Positions 28,736 to 43,106 of a stretch of DNA of 64,000 bases are shown here, piece by piece. The position numbers and the translations under genes are program-made. Each line of letters opens with the position of its first letter. The stretch's first letter is position 1. The notes beneath the pieces are model-generated. The model searched no databases, was not told the origin of the DNA, and saw only the letters and a list, made by a program, of their open reading frames with translations. The stretch is from Octopus vulgaris (lineage: Eukaryota), in the NCBI GenBank assembly GCA_951406725.2, contig OX597830.1, forward strand, positions 71,982,001-72,046,000, read 5' to 3'.

Positions 28736-30614
28736 TACATATATATGTAAATATATATACACACATACATCTGTGACTATATCTACCAATCTACCTATCT
28801 ATCTGTCTATCTGCCTATATATCTATATCTCTTTCTCTCTCTCTCCCTCCCTCTCTCTCTCTCTCTTTTTAGATAAGTATGTATATACACATATATGTTT
28901 GTGTGTATGTATGCATATACGTACATATTCATATACAAACGTACACACTCACACATACACATATGCGCAAAATACCTAGATATGCACTCACAAACACACT
29001 TGTGGCTACTTAATGTATATCTGTGTATTTATGCACATCTCTGATTATACGTGTGTGTGTGTGTGTGTGTGTGTGCGCGTGTGTGTGTGTTCGTGTGTGT
29101 GCGTGTGTGTGTGTATTTGTGTGTGCATTGATCCTGAAACAGTCACTGTATTTGCATATTCATATTTTTACTGGCGTAGTGAAGTGTGTGTAGTTATGTT
29201 CGTATCACTAATGGAGGCCATTTTATATAAGTCTGTTTACAATAAACGGAGTTATGTTACGTTCACAAACAGTGTGGTCAATTCGGTTACCGTATAGGGT
29301 GACCAAATGACATCTATATTACTGATGTTTATGTTATGGGTCTAAAATTTAATATAGGTTATGATAATGCATTATTATGACCCGTAAGTTTGGGGTTAAA
29401 CAGAAAAAATATTCATTAAAAAAGTACAAAGTAACAAAATTTGTATTGGAAACCTTTGAAAGCGGTGTCCTACTGAAGTTAATGAAACCATTAGATGATA
29501 AAAATATACACATGTATGTATGTTTGCATATATGCATATATGTGTTTATATATATGTATATGTATATGTATATGTGTATGTCCGTATCCATTTACAGACA
29601 TAGCTACACACACACACATAAATGTATGGAGAGAGATTGAGAGAATTAATGAGAGAGAAGAGGAGAAAGATAGAGAGAAAGAGAGAGAGAGTGAACTGAT
29701 AGACAGACAGGGTGTTGTTGGATGAGAAAGAGCAGAAAGAGTGATGGAAGTTTCAAAGAGAGATATTATATGAAATTTATAAGTAGGTGCGTTTCGAATA
29801 TGATCGCGAGAAATCAAAATTATTAGTTATACATTTTTTATTGTGATGATACATAATAATATTAATAGGTCCCTGATAATATGAACTTTATGTGAACTGA
29901 AATATTATCAAAGCTGGGTTATTATCAAATAATATTTCCAAATAAATACATTATCTGTATATTTGATATAATTGTTGCATAGAGATATCTTATAATATCA
30001 TTTTTATAACCATAGATAATATATAAACAAATTGTATTAAGTTATTATATTATATTTATTATCTTTAATTTTATTTTATGTGTCTTCGGTTGGTCGCTGT
30101 AACTTTCATTGTTGTTTAGCCCCAGGTCAGACTGGATCGAGTTGATTGTACAATGAGAATTTTTTCGGGCGTGTTTCTTATCTATTCTTTTATTTTGACT
30201 GGGCTGTGTATAGATGGCTATTCCATTCAGTGTTATAGGGGTTGCAGGATGAGTTTTATCGGACTTTTGAAGTGATAACGCAAAGTCCCTGAATTCAGTA
30301 TCGCTACTATTTTTCAATACCTTCAAGCCGCTTCCCTGGGAGTTTCTACATACTAGAAATAGTAGCGCAACCACATTCAAGTCGTCTGAGGGAAAGAATA
30401 TATTGGGTAATCGGCTCCTGTCTTCTCTACACACGCCTGGAATAACAATAACCGTAATTCTACTCCATCGGAGTTGACCTAAGGTTAAACGGCGCAAACA
30501 ATAGGAGCGAATGGGAAGCCCCTTTACAGTTTTCCACAAAGAATACCACACAAATCTTCGTTGCATTAAACGATACCGCCTTAAATAATATGAATATATT
30601 GGATAACGGTGACG

Positions 30615-30900
30615 TGGTACCAGAATCGTAAGCACCTCAGACAAAATGCTTAGCGTCATTTCTTCCGGCTGTTTGTGTTCTGAGTTCAAATCCCGCAGAA
30701 ATGAGCTTTACTTTTCATCCCTTCGGGCTCGATAAAATAAGGTGTCAGTCAAGCATTGGAAACGATGTAATCGACTTGCCCTCTTCCCTAAGGATTGCTG
30801 ACCTTAACCCCAGTAACGGGCCGGCGTCCCGTTCAAGGGTAATGTGATTTCGGTCAATTTTACGCTTTGGGTACCGGGTAACCGGCCTTATGGCCCCTGG
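30615..30900 (+). mobile_element. Degenerate SINE family A copy followed by a different (V-domain-like) 3' segment
   Basis: GTTCTGAGTTCAAATCCCGC…CTTTTCATCCCTTCGGGCTCGATAAAATAAG, then ACGGGCCGGCGTCCCGTTCAAGGG. Confidence 0.55.
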
Positions 30901-31062
30901 AGCAAAAGAAAAAATAATAAGACAAAATAAGACAATGTATAGCTTGATATATCCTGTCTGAAAATAATCAGACAGCATGCCACAGCTGGAATCCTTCTCA
31001 GCTGACGCTGCTCAGTCAGAACCTGTTCGTAGTTAAACCACAATAGTAATTAATTATTGCTT

Positions 31063-31272
31063 CTGATTTAGCTAATAACAGTATTTCCTTCTCGAGCCAT
31101 GCCAGGCTCATGAGGGTCAGTTTCCCGGTTTCAATGGCGGATGTGTTCCCCACCTGGACGGGACGCCGGTCCGTCGCAGGATTACATATATTTGCCAGCT
31201 GAGTGGACTGGAGCAACGTGATTCAAAATCACAACGCATCACCAAGTCCAGGAATCGAAGCCTCTAAGCCAC
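31063..31272 (-). mobile_element. SINE family D (V-domain-like core)
   Basis: Minus strand: B-box-like TTCGATTCCTGG, CCAGTCCACTCAGCTGGCAAA, CCTGCGACGGACCGGCGTCCCGTCCAGG. Confidence 0.6.
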
Positions 31273-31936
31273 ACTATTCTAATTCAGCTACCAAACCAAT
31301 AATACCCCGGGTAAAGGAATGGTTGATGTAATCGACCCTAGTACATAAACAAGTACTCCATTTTATCGTCCCCAAAACGATGAATAGGAAAATAGGCTAT
31401 CACTAACTCAAGGAAAGGGAAAAGTAGAAGATATTGGATTATTGTATTATACAGTGAAATAATTTTTTGTCCAAAACATTTAATTTCTACTCAGTTTTGC
31501 TCGTCAAATCCGAGCCATTTTCCGTAATAATTGTTCTGGCACTTTCATTTTCCGTAGAGTAGTGATTGGCATTAAACATATACGCAGATGAGCCATTTCA
31601 ATCGTCTCACAAGTGTAAGAGTTTATTCATATTCACCAATCCTTCAGTAATTAAATACTGGCAGTCGATAACAGGGAAGTATATATATAAATACATAAAT
31701 GTGTGTGTGTATATGTGTGTATATGTGCGTGTGTGTGTGTGTATGTCTGAGTAAATTATGAAATTTAATTAAAGCACGAGCACTCTAATATAAACATCAC
31801 TGATTTATTAGATAACACATAAGTAAGGATAATTGATGAGTAATTAGTAATAAATCTGATAAATTTATATTGTGTATAAGTGACATAATGATATTATATA
31901 AATTTAAAGTACAATAGACTAAGTAAATAATAGAGA

Positions 31937-32000
<64 letters not shown>

Positions 32001-32242
32001 TATATATATATATATTAGTAGATAATGCAAAGTATAGATGTTTCAAGTGTACAAAAACATGTAGCTGTTAAAGAATGTTATAAACTGCAGCAATATTGAC
32101 AATATTTACTATATCTTATACGTGTGTGTATGTTTACATATACACACACATATACACACATACACGCACTCATACACACACACACATACATGTATGTACA
32201 TTGATATGTATATGCATACTAAATGTACTAGAAAAAGATAGA

Positions 32243-32285
32243 TAGCAGTTTCGGCCTTACTGTTTCCTAGCCGTCATCAGCGTGC
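32243..32285 (-). ncRNA. Degenerate hammerhead-like motif
   Basis: CUGAUGA-CGGCU…AGGCC-GAAA intact; stems I and III not recoverable. Confidence 0.35.
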
Positions 32286-33609
32286 GGCTTTTTCCTTGCA
32301 GAAGTTAACAAATTGTTGAGTAATCCTTTAATTTAAAGTTCTTATATCTTCACGTAAAAGTCAAACATTAATACGTTTGTGTATGTGTTTGTGTGTGCGC
32401 ATTTGTATGTAAATCTATACATATATTTAAGAGCGGTGTTTGTTGTATAGGTCTAACTGAGGCAAAAGAGGATACCAGAGTTTCTAGTTTTAGTTTGCAC
32501 TATTCTTCATGGGAACTCGTGTGCAGATACAGATTTTGTTATTTGATATCAATAATTAATACGTACACTGCTGCTGGTTAACTTATGATTACTTTAGTGT
32601 GAACACTTGGGTGTGGATGGCGCTAAATGCTGTACTAAGACTACGAATGTAGGACTCGACGTCTCATCAAGCGGTGAAGTAGATTCGTAGGAGTTCTGGC
32701 CCCTTCCAATGCAACACCACAGTCACCCGGGAGTTCACTACTGATATAAACAGCAAAACTCCCAAACAACACGAAATTGGTTGCATTAGATTTTGAAACT
32801 CTGGGCCAGATGTTTCTACCATTCTTAGTGCTTAATTTGCTGTACCACTTGTCCTCTCTTATGCGGCAGATATAATGACTTACATTTTCAGCGACTCCAA
32901 ACAACTTCTGGCATAATCTATTGATTCCTTCGCACCTATTCAAACACACTGAAGCAATGAGTGGAGATTTAACGAATTAACAAGAGGCAGTCACTGAGAA
33001 CAGGGAGCATGCTATAGCCATTAATAAAGTCACGAATGGCTATGCAAGGATTAACAAATCAAACTGGTCGATTGGTCGAAGGAAATTTTAATCAAACAAT
33101 TGATTAACTAATTGATTAAATGTTAACTAATTGACAAGTAATAAGAATAAAACAAGTGACATGTAACCAGTGCGTGTAAGTATTATTAGCATTACGATCC
33201 TCCCGAGATACCATGAAATCAAATTTTAATATATATCCTTCATTTTCATGGGGAACACTTAATAAGGGAGTATAGATATAATAATTGCACCCTATTTCAT
33301 TCGAAATATTTCGTTTTAATTTATTATATGTAACGAATTAAGTAACAAGATTCGGGGTCTTACTTGTACATATATGTGTGTGTTTGTGTGTGTGTGTGTG
33401 TGTGTATGTATGTGTGCGAGCATGTGTATTATGTGTATATGTGTCTGCACCAATGAAGTCACATTTCTGTGTCTCTTAAAGGATAGATATTCAAGTTTCT
33501 TTCACTATCAAGCGAAAGACATCCCTTACACACATTTGTATATATATGAACAATATATAACTACATATGCATACGAGGGGCTGTGTTTGTGTGTGTGCAC
33601 TTGTGTGTT

Positions 33610-33658
<49 letters not shown>

Positions 33659-33683
33659 TTATATATATATATGTATGTATATA

Positions 33684-33740
<57 letters not shown>

Positions 33741-34242
33741 AAGAAAGAGAGTGAGTGTGTATGTTTCTCTGTGTGTGTATGTGTCTGTGTGTTTGTGTGT
33801 GTGAGGCAGAGAGACAGGGACATATTTTAATTAGATTCTTTAATTCCTAGGTTTAGCAATCCTTAGCAATCGCAACTAAGGCAAATTTTGGGATTTCAGA
33901 TCAGGGCAGTTGAATGCCAACGGTATATATAAATAATTTGATATTAATATAATAATAAATGATATATTATTGAAATAGAATACGAGTTATAAATAATGTC
34001 ATAGACAAATAAGTTAAGTGATATAGGATATGATACGATAGAATGTAAAGAGACTTGATAAATAGACTGAAAGAAATGGTGATAGGTAGTAGTAAAGCAT
34101 ATCGAAGGTATTCGCTCGTAGTTGAAACGATGATGAACAATGGTCGATCTGTTGCTATGGTACCATTCTACTTATGATGTACACTTATCTACACACACAA
34201 CAACGTGTGTACACACACACATATACATTTACATTTTGTGTA

Positions 34243-34280
<38 letters not shown>

Positions 34281-34285
34281 GTATG

Positions 34286-34345
<60 letters not shown>

Positions 34346-34484
34346 CGTGCGTGCGAGTGTGTGTGTGTAGCTGCATCTGTATGTATGTGCGTGTGTGTGT
34401 GTGTATGCGTACATACTCTATAAACTATATCGATTTGATAAATATTACACCTGAAATGATTTATTATTGTTAACATAGATCAAA

Positions 34485-34533
<49 letters not shown>

Positions 34534-34589
34534 ATGTATGTATATATGTGTATATATATATATATATATATAATCTTTTATTCGTTATA

Positions 34590-34800
34590 ATTTACTTGTT
34601 TCAGTCATTTGACTGCGGGCATGCTGGAGCACCGTCTTTAGTCAATCAAATAGACCCTAGGCCTTATTCTTTGTTAGCCTGGTACTTAACATATCGGTGG
34701 CTTTAGCCGAACCGCTACGTTACAGGGACGTACATACACCGAGATCGGTTGTCAAGCGATGGTAGCGGACAGACACCTCCACTATCGCTTGACAGCCGAT
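34590..34800 (-). mobile_element. SINE family B 3' portion ending in a local inversion
   Basis: TTACTTGTTTCAGTCATTTGACTGCGG…; 34744-34763 is inverted at 34781-34800. Confidence 0.75.
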
Positions 34801-34851
34801 CCCGCCGTGTATACATATAATACATACATACATACATACATACATACATAA

Positions 34852-34914
<63 letters not shown>

Positions 34915-34919
34915 GTGTG

Positions 34920-34981
<62 letters not shown>

Positions 34982-35044
34982 ATTCTTTTATTCATTTACT
35001 CATTTGAGCCATATGGCTGCAGTCATGCTGGAGCACCACTGTTT

Positions 35045-35370
35045 CACATCACCACTCCTGTATGTGACTTCGTCCTAGTTGTTCGTCCATTTGGCGTATA
35101 GGGGGGGGGGGCTTGATTCTGCTGCCCTCTTCTGTACCTCATGTCTGGCTGTTGTTCATACGCTTTTGTGGAGAGGAGGATATCTAGTTCCTTTTTGATG
35201 ACACCTACTTCCTCCTTATGCATATATCTTAATTTTTGTAGCAGGGCATTAAAAAGCTGTGGGCCTTTGAATACTAGACTATTGCAGTACCTGGATCGGA
35301 ATTTAGATGGAGTGGATGGTAACTTTGGTACAATACAATGGTGGCCAGTTCTACCATTTGTATAACACTC
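35045..35370 (-). mobile_element. CR1/L2-like LINE ORF2 C-terminal fragment
   Basis: …GRTGHHCIVPKLPSTPSKFRSRYCNSLVFKGPQLFNALLQKLRYMHKEEVGVIKKELDILL…, resembling the R..F..R...WN.LP…FK..LD end of CR1/L2/Jockey ORF2. Confidence 0.65.
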
Positions 35371-35408
35371 AATATATATGTATATATGTATATATATATA
35401 TATATATA

Positions 35409-36265
35409 TTGGGTCATCCCATAAAAAATGCGGTTTCATATTTCTTTTACTTTTCAAAATTAAGATAAACAAAGTTCTTTCTAAATCTAAAATTCTCTTC
35501 CATTTATCTGCTAGACTTGCAAGTCTCTATTCCAAAATTCAATTGTCCGTGACGAAAAGTACTCCTCCGGTGCTGCTCAGACCTAGTCTACGGAATTCAT
35601 ATTTTTTCCCGACCAAATAATTTTGAAGACTGTGGGATAGACGATAATCAGATTGGGTAATGCCCGTCGAATATGATGGGTGGAGCATCGTTTCCCATTC
35701 AAACTGCTCCAGCCCTTGGTATGTCATCCTCGCTGTATATGGCTGAGCATTATCCTAATGGAAGACAATCTTTCGTCTTGAAACTAAAGATGGTCGTATA
35801 TCATTTATTGCTGACTTCAGTGACTTGTTGACTGAGCAAATCCAAGCATCATTGCTAGTTCCTCGACAGTTACGATGGGATTTTGTTGTACTAGGGTTTG
35901 CAGATCTTCCAGGACATACTTGTCGTCTAGGCTGTAGTTTCTGGAACAACCTTTGACACTGGCTTACCTTTATTATCCGATCCCCATATATTGCATTCAT
36001 ATTCCTAGCATATTCCGTTGTGTTTTTACCTGTATTGAACTCATACAGGAAAATATGTCGAATATGCTCCTTTGTCACTTCCATTATAGCTTTGAAAACA
36101 TAACTGTTGAAGTCGAACTGCACTCTTTAAAATTTGCACTAAGAATAAGGATAAGGTAGCATTACTACCTGCTTTTGTTGTAAGTTGATGCAGGTAATTT
36201 ATCCCGTGCCCTTCCGATTTTTAGTTCATGCAATAAAAAAACGCTATATTCACGGGATGATCCAA
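35409..36265 (-). mobile_element. Internally deleted mariner transposon (DD34D type) with TIRs and TA target duplication
   Basis: TA|TTGGGTCATCCCATAA … TTCACGGGATGATCCAA|TA; N-terminal HTH MEVTKEHIRHIFLYEFNTGKN… and WETMLHPSYSTGITQSDYRL (YSPDLAPSDY motif). Confidence 0.88.
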
Positions 36266-36275
36266 TACATATGTA

Positions 36276-36335
<60 letters not shown>

Positions 36336-36355
36336 TGCGTACGTTTTTGTAAATG

Positions 36356-36387
<32 letters not shown>

Positions 36388-36879
36388 TGTTATGTGTGTG
36401 TATGTGTGTGTGTATGTCTCTTTAGGAAACAAACATATGTCTTCTACAGCAGGTTATAATCCCTCTGTATAAATAAAATTGATTTAAATCGTAGACCAGT
36501 CATAAAGAACAGTCTTACATTTACAGTTATTTCATCTGCTACCTTGAACTTGTGCCCTAGTTACGTTAAATAATACTAACATTTATGCTTACTCAACAAC
36601 CACATACTAGTACTTTTTTTTTTGCCTTTTCATAAAGAAGTTACGTCTGTCATTAGAATAACTATGAAGAAAAGTAGCCTTAGTTTTTCTTTTGAAATCA
36701 TTCTATCTTCACTTTTTGTTTTGAAACCATTCCGTCTTCCTTCTGTCTTCACTTCTCACGTCGCTATCTTTTATTCGACATATATTATATACAAACATAC
36801 ATAATCAAATATACACACCTTCAGTCATGCACATACATTTCTGTCTGTGTGTCTGTCTATGTCTACCTGACTCGTCATA

Positions 36880-37094
36880 TTCTTTTATTCTTTTATTCTT
36901 CTATTTGTTTCAGTCATTTGACTGCGGCCATGCCGGAGCAGCGCGTTGACGGATTTCAATCAAACAAATCGACACCATGACTTATTTTTAAAGTTTATTA
37001 CTTATTCTATTGGTTCTTTTTTTATTTTTGCAGAGACGTAAACACACCAACATCGGTTTTGAAGCGGTGATGTGTCACAAACACAGACACAAAG

Positions 37095-37139
<45 letters not shown>

Positions 37140-37155
37140 ATATATATATACATAA

Positions 37156-37224
<69 letters not shown>

Positions 37225-37690
37225 AACACACATATATGACGAGCTTCTTTCAGTTTCCGTCTACCAAATCAACTCACAAGGGTTTGGTTGGTCTGAGGCT
37301 TTAGTAGAAAACACTTTCCAAATGTGCGACGCAGTGGGATTGAGTCAGGAACCAAGTTATTACACAGCCACGCCTCTTTTACTTCATGCAGTCATTGGAT
37401 TGTAGCCATGCTGGAATGAATCGCTTCTAGTTATTATTTTTGAATCTGGTACTTATGTCACTGGTCTCTTTGGCCCAAACGCTAACTTACGAGGACGTAT
37501 ACAAAGGAACAACGGTTGTCATGCGGTGGTGGTGGAGGAAGACAAGCACACAAGCAGACATTCACACACACACATACACTCATACATACACATGTATCAC
37601 CACGACGGACTTCATTCAGTTTCTGTTAACCAAATCCATTTAGGCCTAAAGTGGAAGATACATATCTAAGGTGTCACGCAGTGGGACAAT
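36880..37690 (-). mobile_element. Two tandem degenerate SINE family B copies (~36880-37375 and ~37380-37690)
   Basis: Two sets of GCCATGC..GG / GACGTA / TTCAGTTTC…ACCAAATC / CGCAGTGGGA. Confidence 0.75.
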
Positions 37691-37703
37691 ACTTAGCTTT
37701 CCT

Positions 37704-38100
37704 AAGGCGGCGGAATGGCAGAATCGTTAGCACGCCGGGCGAAATGCTTAGCGGTATTTCGCCCGTCGCTACGTTCTGAGTTCAAATTCCGCCGAGGTCG
37801 ACTTTGCCTTTCATCATTTCGGGGTCGATAAATTAAGTACCAGTTACGCACTGGGGTCGATGTAATCGACTCAATCCGTTTTTCTGTCCTTGTTTGTCTC
37901 TTCTGTGTTTAGCCCCTTGTGAGTAGTAAAGAAATACGTTTTTTGTCTGTCTCTGCCCTCCGAGTGCAAATTCCGCCGAGGTTGACTTTGCCTTTTATCC
38001 TTTCCGGGTCGATAAATTAAGTACGAGTTGCGTACTGGGGTCGATCTAATCGACTAGCCCCGTCCCCACGAATTTCGGGCCTTGTGCCTAGAGTAGAAAA
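37704..38100 (+). mobile_element. SINE family A, dimeric, full length
   Basis: Head, two Meta-like cores (~37805 and ~37990), tail GGGCCTTGTGCCTAGAGTAGAAAA. Confidence 0.9.
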
Positions 38101-38885
38101 GATTTATGTACATTTATTTGCCTCAGTTACAGAAAATGTCCATCTAAGCTAGACTCACCCACACGCATGGGTAAAACCTTGAAGAAAGCCGCATAGGCAT
38201 GTCTTACCTTGGATGAACATCTACTGCAAATGAACCAAGTGAATGCACATAAATGCTAAATGAAAAGACACTACGGCACTTATCCACTAGAAACACGTAT
38301 CGCATAGGAATTAAACATGAAATTAACGTGAATAATTTTGTTATGAACTGATTTTGAAGATGTATAATTCTCTTTCTTCTATATGATACCTTGATTATAT
38401 AAAATCCGATGTATGGAACTCAGGAATCACCTATCGAGGGAAGTACCATGTAATTTTTTAAGTTCCCTAACATTCGATGTAGAGAGCTACGTCTGGATTA
38501 TATGAGAGTGCTAATAGTGTACTCGCCCGGATTCGAACGCCCTAATCCTTTATGTTATAATTATAATATACATACATTGGAATATATACATAATATATAA
38601 AGGTTGGAAATCTAATTTTAAGCAGCACATCATATACCGTGTATTTAGATCTACATGAATATTGCTGCATATCAAAACTTCAGATATACAAGTGCTCATC
38701 ACTGTCTCCCTTTACATTTAGGGATGAGTATTATAGCCCGAATTTCATTTGGTTCGAGAGGTCTGTAACGAAACAGATTATGAACGAATCGCCTTGTTTT
38801 GTTGTGATACACAGACACACTCATATACACACATGCTCACACACTCACAGAAAGATAGATATAGGTAAGTATATGTGTGTGTGTG

Positions 38886-38926
<41 letters not shown>

Positions 38927-38930
38927 GCAT

Positions 38931-39001
<71 letters not shown>

Positions 39002-39025
39002 TGTTAGTATGTGTATGGGTATAAA

Positions 39026-39282
39026 ATACTCCCTTTCTCTGTTTCTTTCTATATCTGTCTCTGTCAGTCTTTACACACGCGCGCACACACAGACACACAC
39101 ACAGACACGTACGTAATCATACACAAATAAACACTCACATATATACATATACATATATATATATATATGTACACGGATTTGTATGTAAATATATGTATAT
39201 ATGTAGAGATACTCCCTTATACTCTGTTTCTTATCTATATATCTGTATCTCTGTCAGTCTTTACACACGCGCGCACACACAG
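39026..39282 (+). repeat. Local direct duplication of ~70 bp (39026-39092 and 39209-39282)
   Basis: ATACTCCCTT…CTCTGTCAGTCTTTACACACGCGCGCACACACAG occurs twice. Confidence 0.85.
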
Positions 39283-39284
39283 TA

Positions 39285-39286
39285 AA

Positions 39287-39321
<35 letters not shown>

Positions 39322-39342
39322 ATATCTATCTATCTATCTATA

Positions 39343-39389
<47 letters not shown>

Positions 39390-39396
39390 ATATATA

Positions 39397-39451
<55 letters not shown>

Positions 39452-39452
39452 A

Positions 39453-39523
<71 letters not shown>

Positions 39524-39544
39524 ATATCTATCTATCTATCTATA

Positions 39545-39622
<78 letters not shown>
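39285..39622. repeat. (TATC)n array
   Basis: Directly visible. Confidence 0.95.
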
Positions 39623-39623
<1 letters not shown>

Positions 39624-40447
39624 AAATGAAAAAAATCATTGTAAATAAACAACAGATAAGAAACATAGACGCAGTGCCTATGAATATGTGTGCGTATGTG
39701 TTTGTGCGCATGTGCATGTGTACGAGGAATTACACATAATTTAAAAAGAAAAAAAAAAACGTCGTCGTTAGAGTGGCAACCCCGTAAGACTTAATAGATG
39801 GTAGCCCTTCTACAATCAGCGCTATGCTGGGATCTAAACAACACCTACAACTACAGCAACACCCGTTCTCACTTAAAAGTGCAACAAAAGGCCATCTGGG
39901 TGATTGGCAAATATTCAGCAACCAACACAATAGAAACTCAGAAAGACGCTCTCCTTTCAGTCGCCTACTCCTATTTTGTTATACTACAGCTCCTGCCATA
40001 CTGAACTGATAAGATGAACAAGGTCTAAGCATATGGACCCGCCTCTCCTCTACATCATCATCAGGGCTTTTCTTTGCTCAGACCAGCGACGTCCCTTTCG
40101 CCCAATCATTGCTCTCCAGGACTGTGATGCTTGAAAGTTGAATGTCATCTTTCCCCACTGTCTCGTCTCTGTCCAAAGCTGATCTGCCCCCTGTAGAATT
40201 GATTTATGTACGCGCGATGGTATTGCATTGCTGACCATAACGTCGAGGAAATTATATAGATTGATATTTATGTATATGCATACAGTCACTCACACACACA
40301 CTCACACACACAATCACACACACACACACACACACACACACATTCACACATACAAACGTTTACGCACGTATATATGCGTGTATGAGTGTACTCATGTTTG
40401 TGTATGTGTACATATATGTATATACATGGACACATAATTATGTACAC

Positions 40448-40675
40448 TTTACTCTTTTACTCTTTTACTTGTGGCCATGCTGGAGCACCGCCCATAGTCG
40501 AGCAAATCGACACCAGGACTTATTCTTTGTAAGCCTAGTACTCAATCCTTCGATATCTTTTGCCGAACCGCTAAGTTACGGGGACGTAAACAGATCAGCA
40601 TCGGTTGTCAAGCGATGTTGGAGGGGCAAACACAGACACACAAACATATACACATACATATATATATACATACAC

Positions 40676-40708
<33 letters not shown>

Positions 40709-40895
40709 GATACATACACATATATATACACATACATATATATACGACGGGCTTCTGTCAGTTTCCGTCTACGAAATCAACTCACAAGGCTTTGATCGGC
40801 CCGAGGCTATAGTAGAAGACACTTGCCCAAGTTGCCAAGCAGTGGGACTGAACTTGAAGCTATGTGGCTCGTAAGCAAGCTACTTACCACACAAT
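40448..40895 (-). mobile_element. SINE family B
   Basis: Tail TTTACTCTTTTACTC through head GCAAGCTACTTACCACACA. Confidence 0.88.
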
Positions 40896-42061
40896 AACAG
40901 GCTACAAAAATGTACTAATTAATCCTTGAGTTTAAAGTTAAATTGTTAAATTGTGACAAAAAATAAGTATCTATATTTACCTCCCGCCTCCTACCTAACT
41001 ACCAACTTAAACACATACATACCTATATATATATATATGTGTGTGTATGTGTGTGTGTGTAAAGTGATACGCATACGCTCAGGCATACATATCTACACCC
41101 GCACACATTCACACACGTACACTCACATACACACACAGGCATCTGATAAGTACGTATACATGGCTGTGAATGGATGTTCAAGGGTATTACCATTCGTTTT
41201 TAAAACTGAACATAGCCGTTCCATTCGAAATATTTGCAGCTCCTTACCATTATCATTGAATCTGCTTCCTCCTCTCCTGTGTAAAGCTGTGTAAACGAGT
41301 GTGTACGCGTATCTGTATCTGAGTATGTATGTCTGCACGAAGAGTATGTACGTGTGAGTGTTTGTGTGGGTATGTGTGCGCGCGTGTGTACGCGTACTTG
41401 TAATTCTATTTGATTTCAAATAGATCTTCTCCATAGCTGCAGTCTAGTGATTGAAATACTTGAAAGATCTTAGTGAAAAACGATTCACTTAAATCAAATA
41501 TATATTCATGCATATATACATATTCGCATACATATACGCATATACACACACATATACTGATATACTCAGATATATACGTATATATCTATAAAACAACTCA
41601 CATACATACACACACACATATATTTATACATGCGCACATATATACTCACAATACACACGTGTACTCTACACGTATCCATAAGTCTGTGTCGAGTTATATA
41701 AACGACTTCTACACAATTTCGATACTCTCCCAAGCTATTGATAAGATCAACTCGGTAGATTTTGGTACACTTTGCCTTTGGACCGATGCAGTAATATCAA
41801 ACTGCAAGAATAGGTGTATGAAACCAACTTTTGAATTACACAGCGTTATTTGCTTCCATTGATATTTTATGCTGTACTTGTTTCAGTCATTGGACTGCGA
41901 CCACGATGGAACCGAGCCTTAAAGGGGTTAGTGAAACGCATGATTATAGTACATTCTTTTTACCCTCTCTTCATCTTCGGTCTCATTCTTTCTTTACATC
42001 TGACGTCTCGGATACGAATTCTATAGAATATCTGTAGATAACCTTAATATGTACTAACATA

Positions 42062-42580
42062 GGCGTAAGAGTAGCTGTGTGGTAAGTAGCTTGCTTACGA
42101 ACCACATGGTTCCGGGTTCAGTCCCACTACGTGGCACCTTCGGCAAGTGTCTTCTACTATAGCCTCGGGCCGACCAAAGCTTTGTGAGTGGATTTGGTAG
42201 ACGGAAAATGAAAGAAGCTCGTCGTATATATGTATATATATGTATGTGTATATGTGTGTGTATATGTTTGTGTGTCTGTGCTCCCCTCCCCCGCAACATC
42301 GCTTGACAACCGATGCTGGTGTGTTTAAGTCCCCGTAACTTAGCGGTTCGGCATAAAGACCGATTGAATAAGTACTAGGCTTACAAAGAATAAGTCCTGG
42401 GGTCGATTTGCTCGACTAAAGGTGGTGCTCCAGCACCTTCTACCAAATCTACTAACAAGTCATTGTTAGGCCCAGAGCTATAGTAGAAAACACTTGCGTA
42501 ATATGCCACACGGTGGGTTTGAACACAGAATTACATGGTTGGAAAGCAGGTGTCTTAACCACACGGCCATGCCTGTGCCT
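42062..42580. mobile_element. SINE family B on + (42062-42436, tail missing) fused to an older - strand head (42437-42580)
   Basis: The + copy ends at GGTGCTCCAGCAC, followed by CTACCAAATC…CTATAGTAGAA…ACCACACGGCCATGCCTGTGCC. Confidence 0.8.
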
Positions 42581-43072
42581 ATATTCAAATTACCTAATCA
42601 ACTTATCGATGATTTCTCATATTTTGTTATATGTTCACACTCTCAGACGCATGCAGAGAAATAGCGGGAGCTAGAAAGTGTGTGTGTGTGTGTGTGTGTG
42701 TGTGTTAACGTGGATGTGGGAAGAAGAGCTGTGAGTCGTTGATAACGTTATGTAAGTTAATGGTCGGAGATCAATAATTATACTTCATGCTATTTCTAGG
42801 CCAATATCTCTGTTCCAGTATATCTTTATATAATCCATAATTAATTTGTCACACCATCAATAAAGTCACACTGTGACAGCTATATGCCAATGGTTGTGAC
42901 GCTTAGACTATTACAGATAATTTTAGAATACATTGGATGTGTGGTATCTGATATTCTTTGTCATGCTTTATCAAGTTCACCATTGCCCTGTTGTTCTTAT
43001 CGAACAATAAATATTATGAGCAATATGTATGTATGAGTGTGTGTGTGTGCATAGACACACACATATAGAGAG

Positions 43073-43106
<34 letters not shown>

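Noticed and set aside
30045-30689. 214-aa minus-strand ORF
   Set aside because: It starts inside a SINE and has no recognisable domain; probably a chance ORF over repeat remnants.
32596-32950. Possible exon after TTACTTTAG and a 102-aa minus-strand ORF
   Set aside because: All plus frames hit stops quickly and neither peptide is recognisable; cannot be supported without RNA-seq or homology.
39945-40250. Possible RTE-like LINE 3' end with a TGA-repeat tail (also ~14980-15290)
   Set aside because: The similarity is only impressionistic, with no firm motif.
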